Below are positions 35,901 through 49,259 of a stretch of 64,000 nt of DNA, one piece after another. The DNA comes from Paraspadella gotoi. Taxonomy: Eukaryota > Animalia > Chaetognatha. Where the stretch lies: contig CM119267.1 of NCBI GenBank assembly GCA_051294375.1, positions 1,649,080 through 1,713,079 on the forward strand, written 5' to 3'. Made by a program: the position numbers and the translations under genes. Position 1 is the first letter of the stretch. Each line of letters starts with the position of its first letter. The notes under the pieces were generated by a model. That model saw nothing but the letters and a program-made list of their open reading frames with translations. It was not told where the DNA came from and did not search any database.

Positions 35901-38900
35901 ACGCCATCATCGCTCTGCATCAACCTCTCATAACACTCTCGCTTGCAACTTACCAACTACCCATGCCCTCTCTCACCGTTCAGTGCCTCTCATCCTCTCC
36001 CTCACCTCCTCTACTCTCCCCTCATTTCCCATCCATCTCTCCCTTCTCTCTCACACCAAACTCTCCCTCGCACTTCCACTGCCTCCGCTCCTCCTCCCGA
36101 TCTCCGATCTCTCCTCTCGCGTACGCCTCTCTCTTCACACCCGCAACATCCCTGCGCCGACTGTCCACTCCTCCCTCCTCCTCCTCCTCCTCCTCTCTCC
36201 TCCTCCTTCCTTACTGCCCAGCAGCCAGCCACCGTGCGATTGTGCGGCGCTGGACGAAGCAGGCCAGCGTTCCCCAGTGATCATGGCTCGAAGGATCGAT
36301 CGTGCCGCTTAACGATATCAGCAGGCCGGCGCGTGCCAGCGCCCGCCGAGGGCGCCGATCAGTGAAGCCGCCATCTGGAGGAAAATGCGTTGACGAGAAT
36401 CGCAAAACGGAACTACTACGAGGGCGGTAAGGTATCGCGCGAATGGGTATCTCCTCGAGCGCATGGTAGACGAAATGGCGGAGAGGGAAGCGGGGAGTCG
36501 TTGAAGAGAGAGAAGAGAAGACGGAGACGTCTGGAGACGCCCGGCCAGCTCGATCTAGGATCGCGTTCAGGTAGGTTTGTAATTCTGAATTCGGGAGGGA
36601 AAATTGCGAATGTTTGTCTTGTTTTGTTGTTTGTTTAAGTTGTAATAATAACCTTAATGCTTAACTATTTTAAGCTTATAAATATGAGCTTAATCTAATT
36701 TCTAAGTTGATGTGAAGTAAATCGTAACACCACTTTAATACTAACTTTCACTCTCCTGTCACCACCTTACACTAACCCTTTCAATTATTCTAACGCTTCT
36801 GCTAACTACACACACCTTATCCTAACTTTTACTTGTAACATAGTGAGCGATGCCTAACCTTTAAGTTAAAGATGCATACATACCTTAATCTACACTTTAA
36901 CAGTTGTAATCACATACCTCTACTCGCTAACTTTTAAGTTGTATAATAACCTTATGCCTACTTTTAAGTTAGTGAAAATAGATAACCTATAATCTAAGTG
37001 TTTAAATGCTTTTTAATCAAAGTCTATGCAAAAAGAAAAAACTACAAATGTTTAAAACACTTTAGCTTTATATATGAAATAATGGCTTCCCGTGTGCTTA
37101 TCTTCGTACGAGGTAAATACTTAAAACTATTTTCACTTTCATATTCCTGCTCACATAGCTCACATTTACCAATAATCTAATATTGCTGAGGAACTTCTAT
37201 TTTTTCAACACCGTTGCCGCCCAATGAGTAGCGGATGACATGAGCACTAGTTCGACGCTAGATACTAATTCGAGATTCCAGCCATCCATCAATTTAACAC
37301 AGCATTCGTCCTCCAAATCCTCTCCACCCACCTCAATTATCGCCCAGCCCCAGTCCCAGAGCCCGCTCTAGGTCGCGCCAGACATCCATCTCGTTCCTAC
37401 ATCTTCTTGGTCCGCTTCAACTTCCCCAATTCTGGCAAGGCGACCGACTTCGTTAGCACGGACGTCTTGACGCCCCACGGTTCGCCGATCCAGGCGACGT
37501 CGGGTCCAGGCCCACGCCCATCAGCCAGGCGAAGGGCGTGAAGGCGTAGCCGACGAGCGAGAATTGAGGCTGAGTTCTTGGTCGACGAGAGGACCTCGCG
37601 GATCTCCACCAGTTCCGCCGAAGTATGCTGCAGGAGAGGAGGAGGAGGAAGATGAAGACTCTCGTGCGTCGGAATGAGGAGGAGGGAAGAGGAGGAGGAG
37701 GAAGAGAAGGAAGAAGAATAGGAGACCAGGAGAAGGATTGAACAGAAGAGAAGGCAGGAGATAGACCTTACACAACAAGCAAAATACATCTTACTGACAG
37801 AGGGGCGTTGGCGAAGGCGGACTAAAGAGAGGATGAAGGCTATGAGATTGGCCGGCGATGCCGGCGACGAGCGCACCGCGTTCGAGCGGCCCGTCGACGC
37901 GCCCTCCAGGATGTTGTCTGTAGGGACTGCTGAATCATATGCCTCAAACCATCGGCGAGGTCGGTCGTAGGACTTTTCGTTCCGGTAGAAAAAGCTGAAT
38001 GGGCGAATTTTGGGAGCAATGGCAGGGTAGGGGTAATGGATAGAGGATGAAGGAGGGTAGGTAGGGTAGAGGATGAAGGAGTAGGTAAGGAATGAGAGAC
38101 GGAGGGTAGGGGTATAGGATAGAGGATGAAGGAGGGTAGGGTAAGGTAGAGGAGGGGTAGGGTAAGTAGAATGAAGGAGGGTAGGGGGTAAGGAATAGAG
38201 GATGAAGGAAGGGGCTTTTTACGAGGATGCGTACAGTAGGTGTAGGTAGGTCGTAAGTTTCTGGCGAATATAGGGTCAGCTCTATCTTGGATGGATTGTG
38301 AATTAAATTTTTGTGTGTGTGCGGTAGAGTAATCGTATTTTTTTTTTCTGTAAAGAATTGAATTTCACTATTCGATTAATAATTTCACGGCAGCCTGCCC
38401 ACCTTGATCTTCCCCCACACCGCGTTCTCGCTCTTCCCTTCAACCTCCCGCCCCCGCCAAAATAAAACCTTTGCCATTGCCAATGGCGCCTGGCGCGGAA
38501 TGATGGAGGCCGCAGCAGAAGATGAGAGGCCGGTCGACGCCGAACGCGATGTAGGCGCCGAGAGTCGATCCGGCGACCGTCTGCCATGCGGAAAGTGAGG
38601 ACGGCGTGGAATCTCGGATCGGGGTCATGTCGCCGAGAAAGGGACCGGATGAGCAGGAGGCGCTTCGCTCTGATGATGAAAGACGTTGGAGACGGGCGAC
38701 GAGGGATCTCGGCCGCGGTGGTTGTGCCCATGACGCCAGGGCCATAACACCCTCAGAGACTGGGTCGTTGTAACGGGAAGGTATCGAGTCATTGGCTATA
38801 AGGCTAACCAAGCTTTCAGGAATTTTCACGGGACAGCGATGCGAGGTGCAGGCGGGGTTGATTAGATATGGTAAGTAGTGAAGTTGCGTAAAGTAACTGA

Positions 38901-38958
38901 TCATAGACTGTTTTAATGACTTGTAACGGGAGTGCGGGGGCCGACCCCTTTTATGGCG
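32926..38958 (-). other. Third, inverted degraded copy of ~15625-20300 (CNT exons 6-9 plus downstream); probable gap-fill artefact
   Basis: Reverse complement of CNT exons at ~38470-38760, 37795-37995, 37380-37628 and 36200-36460, and of 19640-19960 at ~33590-33950; insertion-rich; abuts the same 25-N gap. Confidence 0.85.
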
Positions 38959-40434
38959 TCAAAGGAGGTTGGGGCGGACTTCCTGTTTTACGCAAAGGGA
39001 ACTCATTTCACCGGGGGATTTTGGGAGTTGTGAATGCCATAAAACTCCATATAACTGTTTGAAGAGTTCATGCCTATCTCAAACGTTCTCCTTGCGTATT
39101 CCTTCGGTACAGCAGATTCCAGGGCCTGCAATCTTTTGTGGAAACCGACAGTTAGGATGTCTTTGGTTTGTTCTCCATGACCGCTTCACTTGCCTTTACG
39201 AGCATAGTAGCCGCTCACCCGCACAGGCATCTTCACACGAAGTTGTCAGGCGATTCACTATCCCGCCTCCTTACTCGCTCAGTCTCTGCAGATCACAATT
39301 GTGGGACGCAACATTTGTTCGGAGGAGATTATGATCCTCTCTTTCTTTCTCGCGCAATCTCCGGCAATAACAATAAATTTAACAACCCCGATATAAATTT
39401 ATATGATTTCTCCACTTTATGGACACAAATCGACTCTAAGCGATTTCCTTTTTTTGACTCAGAAAAAAAAAGGGGGAAAGAAAAGAAAAGAAAAAGAAAA
39501 TGAAAAAGAAAAATAAACAGAAAAAGAAAAAGAAAAAGAAAAAGAAAAAGAAAAAGAAAAGCCTCGTATTTCTTCTATCGGCGAAGCCCAAACGTTGTCA
39601 TCAATATCCTCGTCGACGGACGACTTCGCCAGAAGCTGCAAGAAAATAAGCAAGGAGGCGATTCGACGACGCTCTTGGATAGACAATTTGGTCGTCGTCG
39701 TCGTCGTCGTTGTCGTCGTCTTCGTCTATTTTGTCTCGCGCCATGCAAATGGTCGTTTAAGGCGAAATGGCCGCTCATAGTCATAACCATAACAGGAGAG
39801 AGACAAACGCTTCTTTTTCTTCAAAAGGAGAGGGAGGCGTTGTGGAGGCGATTCCAAGCGCGGGGGAGGGGAAGAGGAGAGAGGGAGGAAGGNNNNNNNN
39901 NNNNNNNNNNNNNNNNNNNNNNNNNNNNNNNNNNNNNNNNNNNNNNNNNNNNNNNNNNNNNNNNNNNNNNNNNNNNNNNNNNNNNNNNNNNNNNNNNNNN
40001 NNNNNNNNNNNNNNNNNNNNNNNNNNNNNNNNNNNNNNNNNNNNNNNNNNNNNNNNNNNNNNNNNNNNNNNNNNNNNNNNNNNNNNNNNNNNNNNNNNNN
40101 NNNNNNNNNNNNNNNNNNNNNNNNNNNNNNNNNNNNNNNNNNNNNNNNNNNNNNNNNNNNNNNNNNNNNNNNNNNNNNNNNNNGAGAGAGAGAGAGAGAG
40201 CAAAGGAAAGGAAAGTAAATTACAGAAAGAGGAAGTGACATTCGAAACAAAAAAAATATTGAAAAGAAAACATTTTTTTATCCTTGAAAAGGAAAAAAAC
40301 AAAACAAAAACAAAGAAACGAAAAACAAACAGGAAATCGAAATAGCGAAAGAAAATTTTGTCAAAGGATTTTTAAATCATTATAAATGTTTGTTTATAGA
40401 AGAAGATAATTCTTTCGATGGAAATCAAAGGATT

Positions 40435-40476
<42 letters not shown>

Positions 40477-41603
40477 ATCGATGGCATAGTATCTTCGATT
40501 GAACACGGGCAGAAATTTTCTAGCAAAACGAGTCGAAATAACTATTAGATCATTTACGAACAGGAAAGTGATCGAGAACATCTCACTTTGCTATATCTCG
40601 AAGGAGGAGGCGATGGAGGAGCAGGAGGAAAAGAAAAGAAAAGACAATTTTATTCTTTTTTCTTCATCGGATTAAAAATCCCTTTTTTTCATTTTAAATA
40701 CGAAAATTCTTTTTTTTCTCATGAATTTTTCTTCTTTCCTTTTTTTTTAAATTAATGTTTTTTCTTTTTTATTTATTATTTTTTTCTTTTCTCTTATTTC
40801 AAATATTCTCTCGTCTTTTTCTCTTTAATCCTCATACTGTTTTTTCTTTTTCTTTTTCTTTTCTTCTTTCCTTATTTTCACCTTTGATTCTATGAAAATT
40901 AAAAATCAGACAAAAAAATATAAAAACAAAAAAGAATCTGAGATATAATCTCTCTTTTAAATTACGGTCAGAAACACTGATTTTTAATTTCAGTTCCAAG
41001 TTAATTAAACAAACGAATCATTTCAGACTTTTTTTTTATCTTTACATCTTTTTGATTCCTTCTCTTTTTTTTCTCCAAGACTCAATATATCCTATCTCCT
41101 TTTTTCCTCTCTTCTCTTTTCCTCTCTCCTTTTTTCCTCTCTCCTTTTTTCCTCTCTCCTCCATCCATTTTTCCTTTAATGCTTCCGATTCACTCCCTCT
41201 TCCTCTCCTCCTCCTCCTCCTCCTCCTCCTCCTTCTCCTCCTCCTCCTCCTCTTCCTCCTCCTCCCAATTTACCTCATTTCGTTTATCTTTCTTTCTCAT
41301 CTCAGTTTCGGTTGTTGCCTCCTTTCTCGTCGTCGTCGTCGTCGTCGTCGTTATCTTTATCGTCTTCGTCGTCTTCGTTCTTGTTGTTATGGTTGTTGTT
41401 GTCGTCGTCGTCGTCGTCATCATATCTTTTTTTCAAAGTCGTTGTCATCTTTAGATCTTGTTATATCTTGTGATATCTTGTGATATCTTGTGGTAGAAAT
41501 CGTAGAAATTTTTTCCCTCGAAAGTAAATTTTTAACAATTTTTATGTCATTTTACTTTTAAAAAATTATAAAAACGATTTTATTGGGAAAAACGTAAATC
41601 TTG

Positions 41604-41775
41604 TGATAGTGATAGTGATAGTGATAGTGGGAGTAATAGTGAGAGTGAGAGTGATAGTGAGAGAGATAGTGAGAGTGATAATGAGAGAGATAGTGAGAGT
41701 GATAGTAAGAGTGATAGTGAGAGAGATGGTGAGAGTGATAGTGAGAATGAGAGTGATAGTGTGATAGTGATAGTC
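41604..41775. repeat. (GATAGT/GAGAGT)n hexamer repeat
   Basis: Alternating GATAGT and GAGAGT units over ~170 bp. Confidence 0.9.
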
Positions 41776-41963
41776 TTCATCGTCGTCGTCATCGTTGTCG
41801 TCGTCGTTGTCATCGTCGTCTCATAAGTTGACATCCTTTGACCTTAAACAAATACTCAATGTGTGCAGCACCAATTGTTAAAGTTGAGCTTTAATCCTCA
41901 GACAAGTTTGTAGTTTCAATTAGAAAGAGAAAATGTTTTTTAATTTTATCTTTTCGCGATTCC

Positions 41964-42123
41964 ATCTTTCTTTTTGATTTCCTCCCTTTCGTCTTCTTTC
42001 TTTTTGACTTCCTCCCTTTCGTCTTCTTTCTTTATGACTTCCTCCCTTTCGTCTTCTTTCTTTTTGACTTCCTCCCTTTCGTCTTCTTTCTTTTTGACTT
42101 CCTCCCTTTCGTCTTCTTTCTTT
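41964..42123. repeat. 30-bp tandem repeat, ~5 copies
   Basis: TTTTTGACTTCCTCCCTTTCGTCTTCTTTC x5, nearly perfect. Confidence 0.95.
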
Positions 42124-43172
42124 TCTCTCCCTCCTCTTCTTCCCCCTCTTTCTCCTCCCATTCTTACACCTCTTTCTTCCCCTCTTTCTTCTACTATGCC
42201 TTCGCTTCTTCCTCCTCCTCTTCCTCCTCTTTCNNNNNNNNNNNNNNNNNNNNNNNNNNNNNNNNNNNNNNNNNNNNNNNNNNNNNNNNNNNNNNNNNNN
42301 NNNNNNNNNNNNNNNNNNNNNNNNNNNNNNNNNNNNNNNNNNNNNNNNNNNNNNNNNNNNNNNNNNNNNNNNNNNNNNNNNNNNNNNNNNNNNNNNNNNN
42401 NNNNNNNNNNNNNNNNNNNNNNNNNNNNNNNNNNNNNNNNNNNNNNNNNNNNNNNNNNNNNNNNNNNNNNNNNNNNNNNNNNNNNNNNNNNNNNNNNNNN
42501 NNNNNNNNNNNNNNNNNNNNNNNNNNNNNNNNNNNNNNNNNNNNNNNNNNNNNNNNNNNNNNNNNNNNNNNNNNNNNNNNNNNNNNNNNNNNNNNNNNNN
42601 NNNNNNNNNNNNNNNNNNNNNNNNNNNNNNNNNNNNNNNNNNNNNNNNNNNNNNNNNNNNNNNNNNNNNNNNNNNNNNNNNNNNNNNNNNNNNNNNNNNN
42701 NNNNNNNNNNNNNNNNNNNNNNNNNNNNNNNNNNNNNNNNNNNNNNNNNNNNNNNNNNNNNNNNNNNNNNNNNNNNNNNNNNNNNNNNNNNNNNNNNNNN
42801 NNNNNNNNNNNNNNNNNNNNNNNNNNNNNNNNNNNNNNNNNNNNNNNNNNNNNNNNNNNNNNNNNNNNNNNNNNNNNNNNNNNNNNNNNNNNNNNNNNNN
42901 NNNNNNNNNNNNNNNNNNNNNNNNNNNTCTCTGGTTTTCCGCATCATTTCAGCTCCACCCACAAAGGAGCCGCCACTCCTACACTCGCTCCACCCGCAAA
43001 CCCGACTGGAGCCGCGCTAATGTCCCGACTTCGAATAAGAAACGAAGGAAACTCAAAATACTTCGCTTCATTATAAGGTTATCTTTGTCTTAATTAATAA
43101 ATAATATAAATATCATCCTGTAATAATAAAAATAAGCTATATTGTCTCCGGTATCACGTTTCAAAGAAATGT

Positions 43173-43441
43173 TTCAATTACATAAAAGGACGACTCCCCT
43201 TAAGTATTACATCGGAAATTTTAACATTCAATTACATAAAAGGAAGAATACCCTTAAGTTTTACATCGGGGAATTTTAACATTCAATTACATAAAAGGAC
43301 GACTTCCCTTAAGTATTACATAGGGGAATTTTAACCTTCAATTACATAAAAGGACGACTTCCCTTAAGTTTTAACATTCAATTACATAAAAGGACGACTC
43401 CCCTTAATTAAGTATTACATCGGGGAATTTTAACATTCAAT
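43173..43441. repeat. ~55-bp minisatellite, ~5 copies
   Basis: TTCAATTACATAAAAGGACGACTCCCCTTAAGTATTACATCGGGGAATTTTAACA repeated; one unit has an internal deletion. Confidence 0.92.
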
Positions 43442-46400
43442 CACATTGCCCGTTGCTGTTCAGACCGGTCGAAAAAGTCTCTCTCCATTTCTTGTAACGT
43501 TTTTCGCTCTTGTTTACGTTATTATGATACAATTTATCTTGAAGGGAATAAATGAATCAAACTTTGAAGACCCGAAGAAATTCAGTAAAGTTGTTGTTGT
43601 TGTTGTTGTTGTAGTCATCGTCGTTGTATTTTTTATATTGGTTCTATTGCTGTCATTAGGGCTTCTTTGTCGGCTTATTGTTGTTGTCTTCGTCGTTGTC
43701 GTTATCGTCGTCTTGGTCGGTCAATAGTTTGAATTTTAGGAAATTCTAGACGGGTACACTAAAAATAAATAAATCCGTGACATGAAATTTTTAAACGATT
43801 TGACAGATTTGTGATAAACATACAGATTTTTCTTTCAAAGATCTACATTTTTTGTACCAATTATATCCTACGTTTGGACACTTACTATGTCTTGTCACAA
43901 ACTATCAATTCCTTTCCTTACCTCTCTTTCAACTCTCTTTCCTTTTCTTCTCTTTCCTTCCTTCTCTTCTCCCACCTTTCTTCCCTTTCCTCCCCTCCTT
44001 TTCTCCNNNNNNNNNNNNNNNNNNNNNNNNNNNNNNNNNNNNNNNNNNNNNNNNNNNNNNNNNNNNNNNNNNNNNNNNNNNNNNNNNNNNNNNNNNNNNN
44101 NNNNNNNNNNNNNNNNNNNNNNNNNNNNNNNNNNNNNNNNNNNNNNNNNNNNNNNNNNNNNNNNNNNNNNNNNNNNNNNNNNNNNNNNNNNNNNNNNNNN
44201 NNNNNNNNNNNNNNNNNNNNNNNNNNNNNNNNNNNNNNNNNNNNNNNNNNNNNNNNNNNNNNNNNNNNNNNNNNNNNNNNNNNNNNNNNNNNNNNNNNNN
44301 NNNNNNNNNNNNNNNNNNNNNNNNNNNNNNNNNNNNNNNNNNNNNNNNNNNNNNNNNNNNNNNNNNNNNNNNNNNNNNNNNNNNNNNNNNNNNNNNNNNN
44401 NNNNNNNNNNNNNNNNNNNNNNNNNNNNNNNNNNNNNNNNNNNNNNNNNNNNNNNNNNNNNNNNNNNNNNNNNNNNNNNNNNNNNNNNNNNNNNNNNNNN
44501 NNNNNNNNNNNNNNNNNNNNNNNNNNNNNNNNNNNNNNNNNNNNNNNNNNNNNNNNNNNNNNNNNNNNNNNNNNNNNNNNNNNNNNNNNNNAGAGAGAGA
44601 GAGAGAGAGTTGACAAAACTCGTAAAAAAGGATAATAAATTTTTTTTAGTTGTTGAATTGGAGAAGAAGGAAGAAAACCAACGGAGAAAAACCAAAATAA
44701 AACAAAAAAGAATCGATGCCCGAATTTTTTCTTTTTTTTTCTTTCGTTTCTTTTTATTTATTTATTTATTTTCTCATTTTTTCTGATCAAAATTTTTTTC
44801 TTCTTTTATTCGACTTTTTAAAAATTTAAATCTAAAATGTTAATTCTTTTTCATTTTCTTCCTGAATTCAAAACTTTGGCTGACAAGCTTAATTGGCATT
44901 TTCAAGTTGCTTACCTTTTGCCATAAAGTTCTCTTACCTCTTCTTTTCTTTTTTAGCTAAATAATTTTTTTTTCATTTCCTTCATTAGATCGAAGCCACG
45001 TCTTCTACCCACATCCCATTGCCCACAGCCTTCTGACCAAAGCCTTCTGACCACTTTGAGCGTCCCCATCTTTTTTTTTTACCCCTTTTATCTCTCTCTC
45101 TCTCTTCGCTTTCCTTCACTAATTTTTAATATATTTGAGTTCTAAGGTAGTAATTTAAAGACAAATATCTATCAAACCTTTAGATTTTCTTCCTCTCTTG
45201 TGAACTAATCATATTAGAGAGAAGCACAATACATACGTAATTCCGATTTATAAAATAATACTATACAAAAAACAACCGAACAAACAAAGACAAACAAACC
45301 CCCCCCTCCAAAAAAAGAGCTGGAAACTGATCGAATGCGCACCCTCCTCATCTCCGCCGCCAATTGAACTTTTTACCTCGCGACTCCTTTCAAAGGGTGA
45401 GAACACTCGGGATCACTGTGGGGAGGGTAAGCTCAAAAGAGAGGGCGCTGGGGTGAGGAAGAACGCTCGAAGTTGCAATTTATATAAAGAGTGTGACTTA
45501 TGATTCTCTCAATCGAAAACGAAACATACTCATAATAAATTGAGAGAGAAAGCGTATTGAAATAACAACGACAACAACGAACGACGAATGGTGAAATTGC
45601 GTTTGCAAGTCAAGAGGGTGAAGATAAATGCTATGGAGACCCCCCGGAGCGGGGGGTTGACTAATATAGTGGTGAGTCACTTCGTCGAGGAGGAATTTTA
45701 TCGAGGGATCAAAATTATACGTAATTAATAAAATATTAATAATTGATCATTTTGTTTTTAAAATCTCTCGTCGGCTTCTTTACTACAGTCTCTCTCTCTC
45801 TCCTCTCTACTCTCCTCATCTCCTCTCACTGAACTCGAGACCTCACCGCAAGCTTCCTCTTTGCTTCTTCATTCTTCTGTCATCCGCGTTTAATTACCTT
45901 TTTTATGCTTTTAAAATCGCCCTCTTTTGTTTTTGTGTCGCCACCCACTTATAACTCCTCCTCCTCTGTCTCCTCATCTCCCTCTCTCCTTCTCTCCCTT
46001 CTCTCCTTCTCCTCACTCTCTCATTCTCTTCACCCCTCTCCCTTCTCCTCTCTCGACCTCTCTCTCTCTTTCCGGCATACTCTTCTCTCGTCTCTCTCTC
46101 TCGGGATTNNNNNNNNNNNNNNNNNNNNNNNNNCCCCCCCCTTCTGTCTGGCACCACCTGATGCCAGTTGAAGAGGATCTCCTTAATCCTCTTCTTTTCT
46201 TCTTCTTTTTTGTTTATTTTGTTTTGTTCTTTTGTTCGTCGGTGGCGCCTCTCGCGGCGTTTCGAGGCGACTTCCGGTGATTTGGTCGTCGAAATCAGAT
46301 TCGAAGCGAGAAAATGGGGAATTAAATGGGGAAAGATGAGAGAAGAAATGGGGACTGAAATGGGAAAGAGATATATAGCCCGTTAGCCAAATCCACTGAT

Positions 46401-46569
46401 ACGAAAGAAAAAATTAATGATACGCAAACGATACGCCAATAAGAAAAATTTATAATACCATTTGAAAGAAAAACCAATGACGTTTTTAAAAAGTTCAAAA
46501 TATTGCTTAAAAACGCTTTAAAAAATTCTCAAAATGCTATCCAAACCAGTAAAAAAAAATCTTAAAAGG

Positions 46570-46915
46570 AGAGTGATCTCGCCAGACGGCACTATCAAGG
46601 AATAGTTCGTACGGGCGAAACTCCATCTCCAGTCTCATTTTATTGATGAATTATTTTCGCCGGAGTTCGGCCATAACCTGTTCCGCGCCACAGTGCGCAT
46701 TTATTATATGAACGCTTAAGATTAGGCGATGAACATTTATATTTTTGTAACTAAGTAGTAAGTACCATGGGGTGACGAGTTCCGTAGTCAAGATCTGCTT
46801 TTCCAATTCGGCCGCCGACTCGAAAGACGCCCTCGTCGTCAAGAAATGGATTGAACTGTTGAAGAGGCGAGGTTTGAAATGGATTGAACTGCTGAAGAGG
46901 CGAGGTTTTCATCAG
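46570..46915 (-). mobile_element. BEL/Pao LTR-retrotransposon pol remnant (region upstream of, and start of, the integrase Zn-binding domain)
   Basis: SPLQQFNPFLDDEGVFRVGGRIGKADLDYGTRHPMVL then, after a frameshift, VHRLILSVHIINAHCGAEQVMAELRRK; matches the BEL/Pao pattern L.PFLD..G.LRVGGRL........HP.IL...LI...H....H.G......LR. Confidence 0.88.
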
Positions 46916-47211
46916 AAGCTCAGTTGTTGATGCTCTTGCGTCATGACATATTCTAACCTTGTTTTTGTCCGCGCTAAACACAACAAGTAGAGGAAGTATC
47001 CAAATAAGGATATCGGGATCGGGAACATCATTTACACGACGCTTCGAATGTTTGATATTGCGGGCGTAAAATACTAAAGATATTTCACAATCGGTCATGA
47101 CTCAACCTTTAAACTTTAAACTTTTAAACATTTTATGATATTAATCGATGAGTAAAAAAACAATTTTGATCGTGAGTTTATCAACTAAGAAATAAAATAA
47201 AACGCGTTACG

Positions 47212-47293
47212 TTAGATGTTTCATTTCAAATACAGTTGATAAAATTAAAACTTAGATGTTTCATTTCAAATACAGTTGATAAAATTAAAACTT
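47212..47293. repeat. Perfect ~40-bp tandem duplication
   Basis: TTAGATGTTTCATTTCAAATACAGTTGATAAAATTAAAAC x2. Confidence 0.92.
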
Positions 47294-47898
47294 GTCAGAA
47301 TGAGTTGAGTTTGCGTATATTACTTTTTTCATCGCCAGAAAATTTGATTCAAAATTATTCTTTGTGCTAAATATCGACTGAGAGTTTTTCATGGAAAATG
47401 AGATTTTGTTTCAAAAAATGTGAAGGTTTAAGTTAAATATTCAAGTAAAACTTATTTGACTATAATTTCACACGAAATTCGTTTCTCTTTGAGTTTAGTA
47501 TCGAATAATGAAAGCGTAATGAAAGCAAAATAATAACTCTCCATTTTGAGTTTCTTATTAATATCAAGAACATTAACTACATTCAGTACATTACTCTCTG
47601 GGTAAAGTTCTTTCGAGGCGAAGTCCCCCGAGGACTGACCCCTCGTTAGCCCACTCCTCCTCCTCCTCCTCCTCCTCCTCCACCCCCTCTTCAAGCCTAG
47701 AGGTCATCCCTGGGTGACCCTCGTCTCCGGCGGAGGTCAACCTCGCATTTTCAAGGTCATTAAAGGTCATTTTTTGGGGCGCCGTCGGCATCGACGCCAA
47801 CCAACGCCCACGTCCATGTGGGATTCCATTGCGTTGTCTGGCTGCCATCACCATAAAAAACTCTGCTCTCTCTTCGTATCTCTTCTCATCTCTTTCTC

Positions 47899-47934
<36 letters not shown>

Positions 47935-49044
47935 CTCTCCTCTCTCTCTTCTCTCTCTCTCTTCTTACATTTCTTTTCTCATTAAATCTAATTTTCCAAA
48001 TTATCCCTTTCCCTATTCCCTTTCTTATCGAATATTCGGTCTTCAGGCTGGAAAGACCTCGCCGGAGGAAGAGAGAGAGAAGCAGAGAAAGGCAGNNNNN
48101 NNNNNNNNNNNNNNNNNNNNNNNNNNNNNNNNNNNNNNNNNNNNNNNNNNNNNNNNNNNNNNGGGGGTAAAAAGGCCATTTTGCCTTTTCCTTCGCCGTC
48201 GTTGGTTAACGACTGAGGATCTCAAAAATGGTTCTTTTTATTAGCTTTTCTGACCGTTTCCATGTTGACCCCATGACCCCAAGTTGGCGCCATCTCCGGT
48301 GNNNNNNNNNNTAATGAAAGTGGGATTGAAAAAGATATATTAAAACCGAATAATTTAAAGTAAATAAGGAAAAACTACTCAAGAAACTTAAGAAGTGTTG
48401 AGAATAAAATCTAAGCAAAATAAAAGCAGATCACAATAAAAGCAGAGCAGAATAAAAGCAGAGCAGAGTAATAGAATCTTAACTTTTCGAATTTTGACGC
48501 AACTAAACCGAATTTTTCAGATATTAAGATTTATTTTTTTCTTAAGATATATTTTTATCTTAAGATTTATTTTTATCCTAAGATTTATTTTTATGGGTCG
48601 ATAGATTTTTTTTTTTAGGTCAGAGGTCAAAGATTATGAGAAATTAGTGACCCTTCTAGCAATGAGATACATAGGAGCGATAGGAATAAACAGAATCGAT
48701 AGGAGCGAATTGAAAGGAAGGAAATAAAAAGAAGAAAAAAGAATGAAAAAGAAAAAAAAAGGGAAAAAAGGAAAAACGTGTTGAACTGTAAATGAGAATC
48801 ATTTATGCACAAAACGTGGGACGCGAAAAGAAAGAAAAAGAAAGAAAAGGAAAGAAAAAGAAAAAGAAGAAAGAAAAAGAAAAAAAAGAAAGATAAACAA
48901 GAAAATGAAAAGAAATCAGAGAAAGAAAGAAAAAGAAAGAAAAGAAAAGAAAATAAAAACAAGAAAGAGAGAAAAAAACTGTTTCTTACTTCGATTTTGA
49001 CTCAACCAAACGGAATGACATCCATTACCGGAGAAAAACAAATC

Positions 49045-49099
49045 GCTCTCTCTGCTCATTCCTCTCTCTTCTCTCTCTCTCTCTCTCTCTCTCTTCTTA

Positions 49100-49139
<40 letters not shown>

Positions 49140-49225
49140 CCTCTCTTCTCTCTCCTCTCTATCTCTCTCCTCTCTCTCTCTCTCTCTCTCTATCTCTCCC
49201 TCTTTCTTCTCCTCTCCTCTCTCTC

Positions 49226-49259
<34 letters not shown>

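Noticed and set aside
21170-38958. Real tandem/inverted cluster of three CNT paralogues
   Set aside because: The copies are truncated, intron-identical, insertion-dominated and meet at a 25-N gap; treated as an artefact pending read-depth checks.
40372-40581. PH-domain-like 'FLFVNDLIVIS' peptide
   Set aside because: Only a short resemblance, with an upstream in-frame stop and a run into (CCG)n; unsupported.
41964-42123. KKKEDEREEV coding repeat on the minus strand
   Set aside because: A purine-rich 30-mer is stop-free by composition; no flanking exon evidence.
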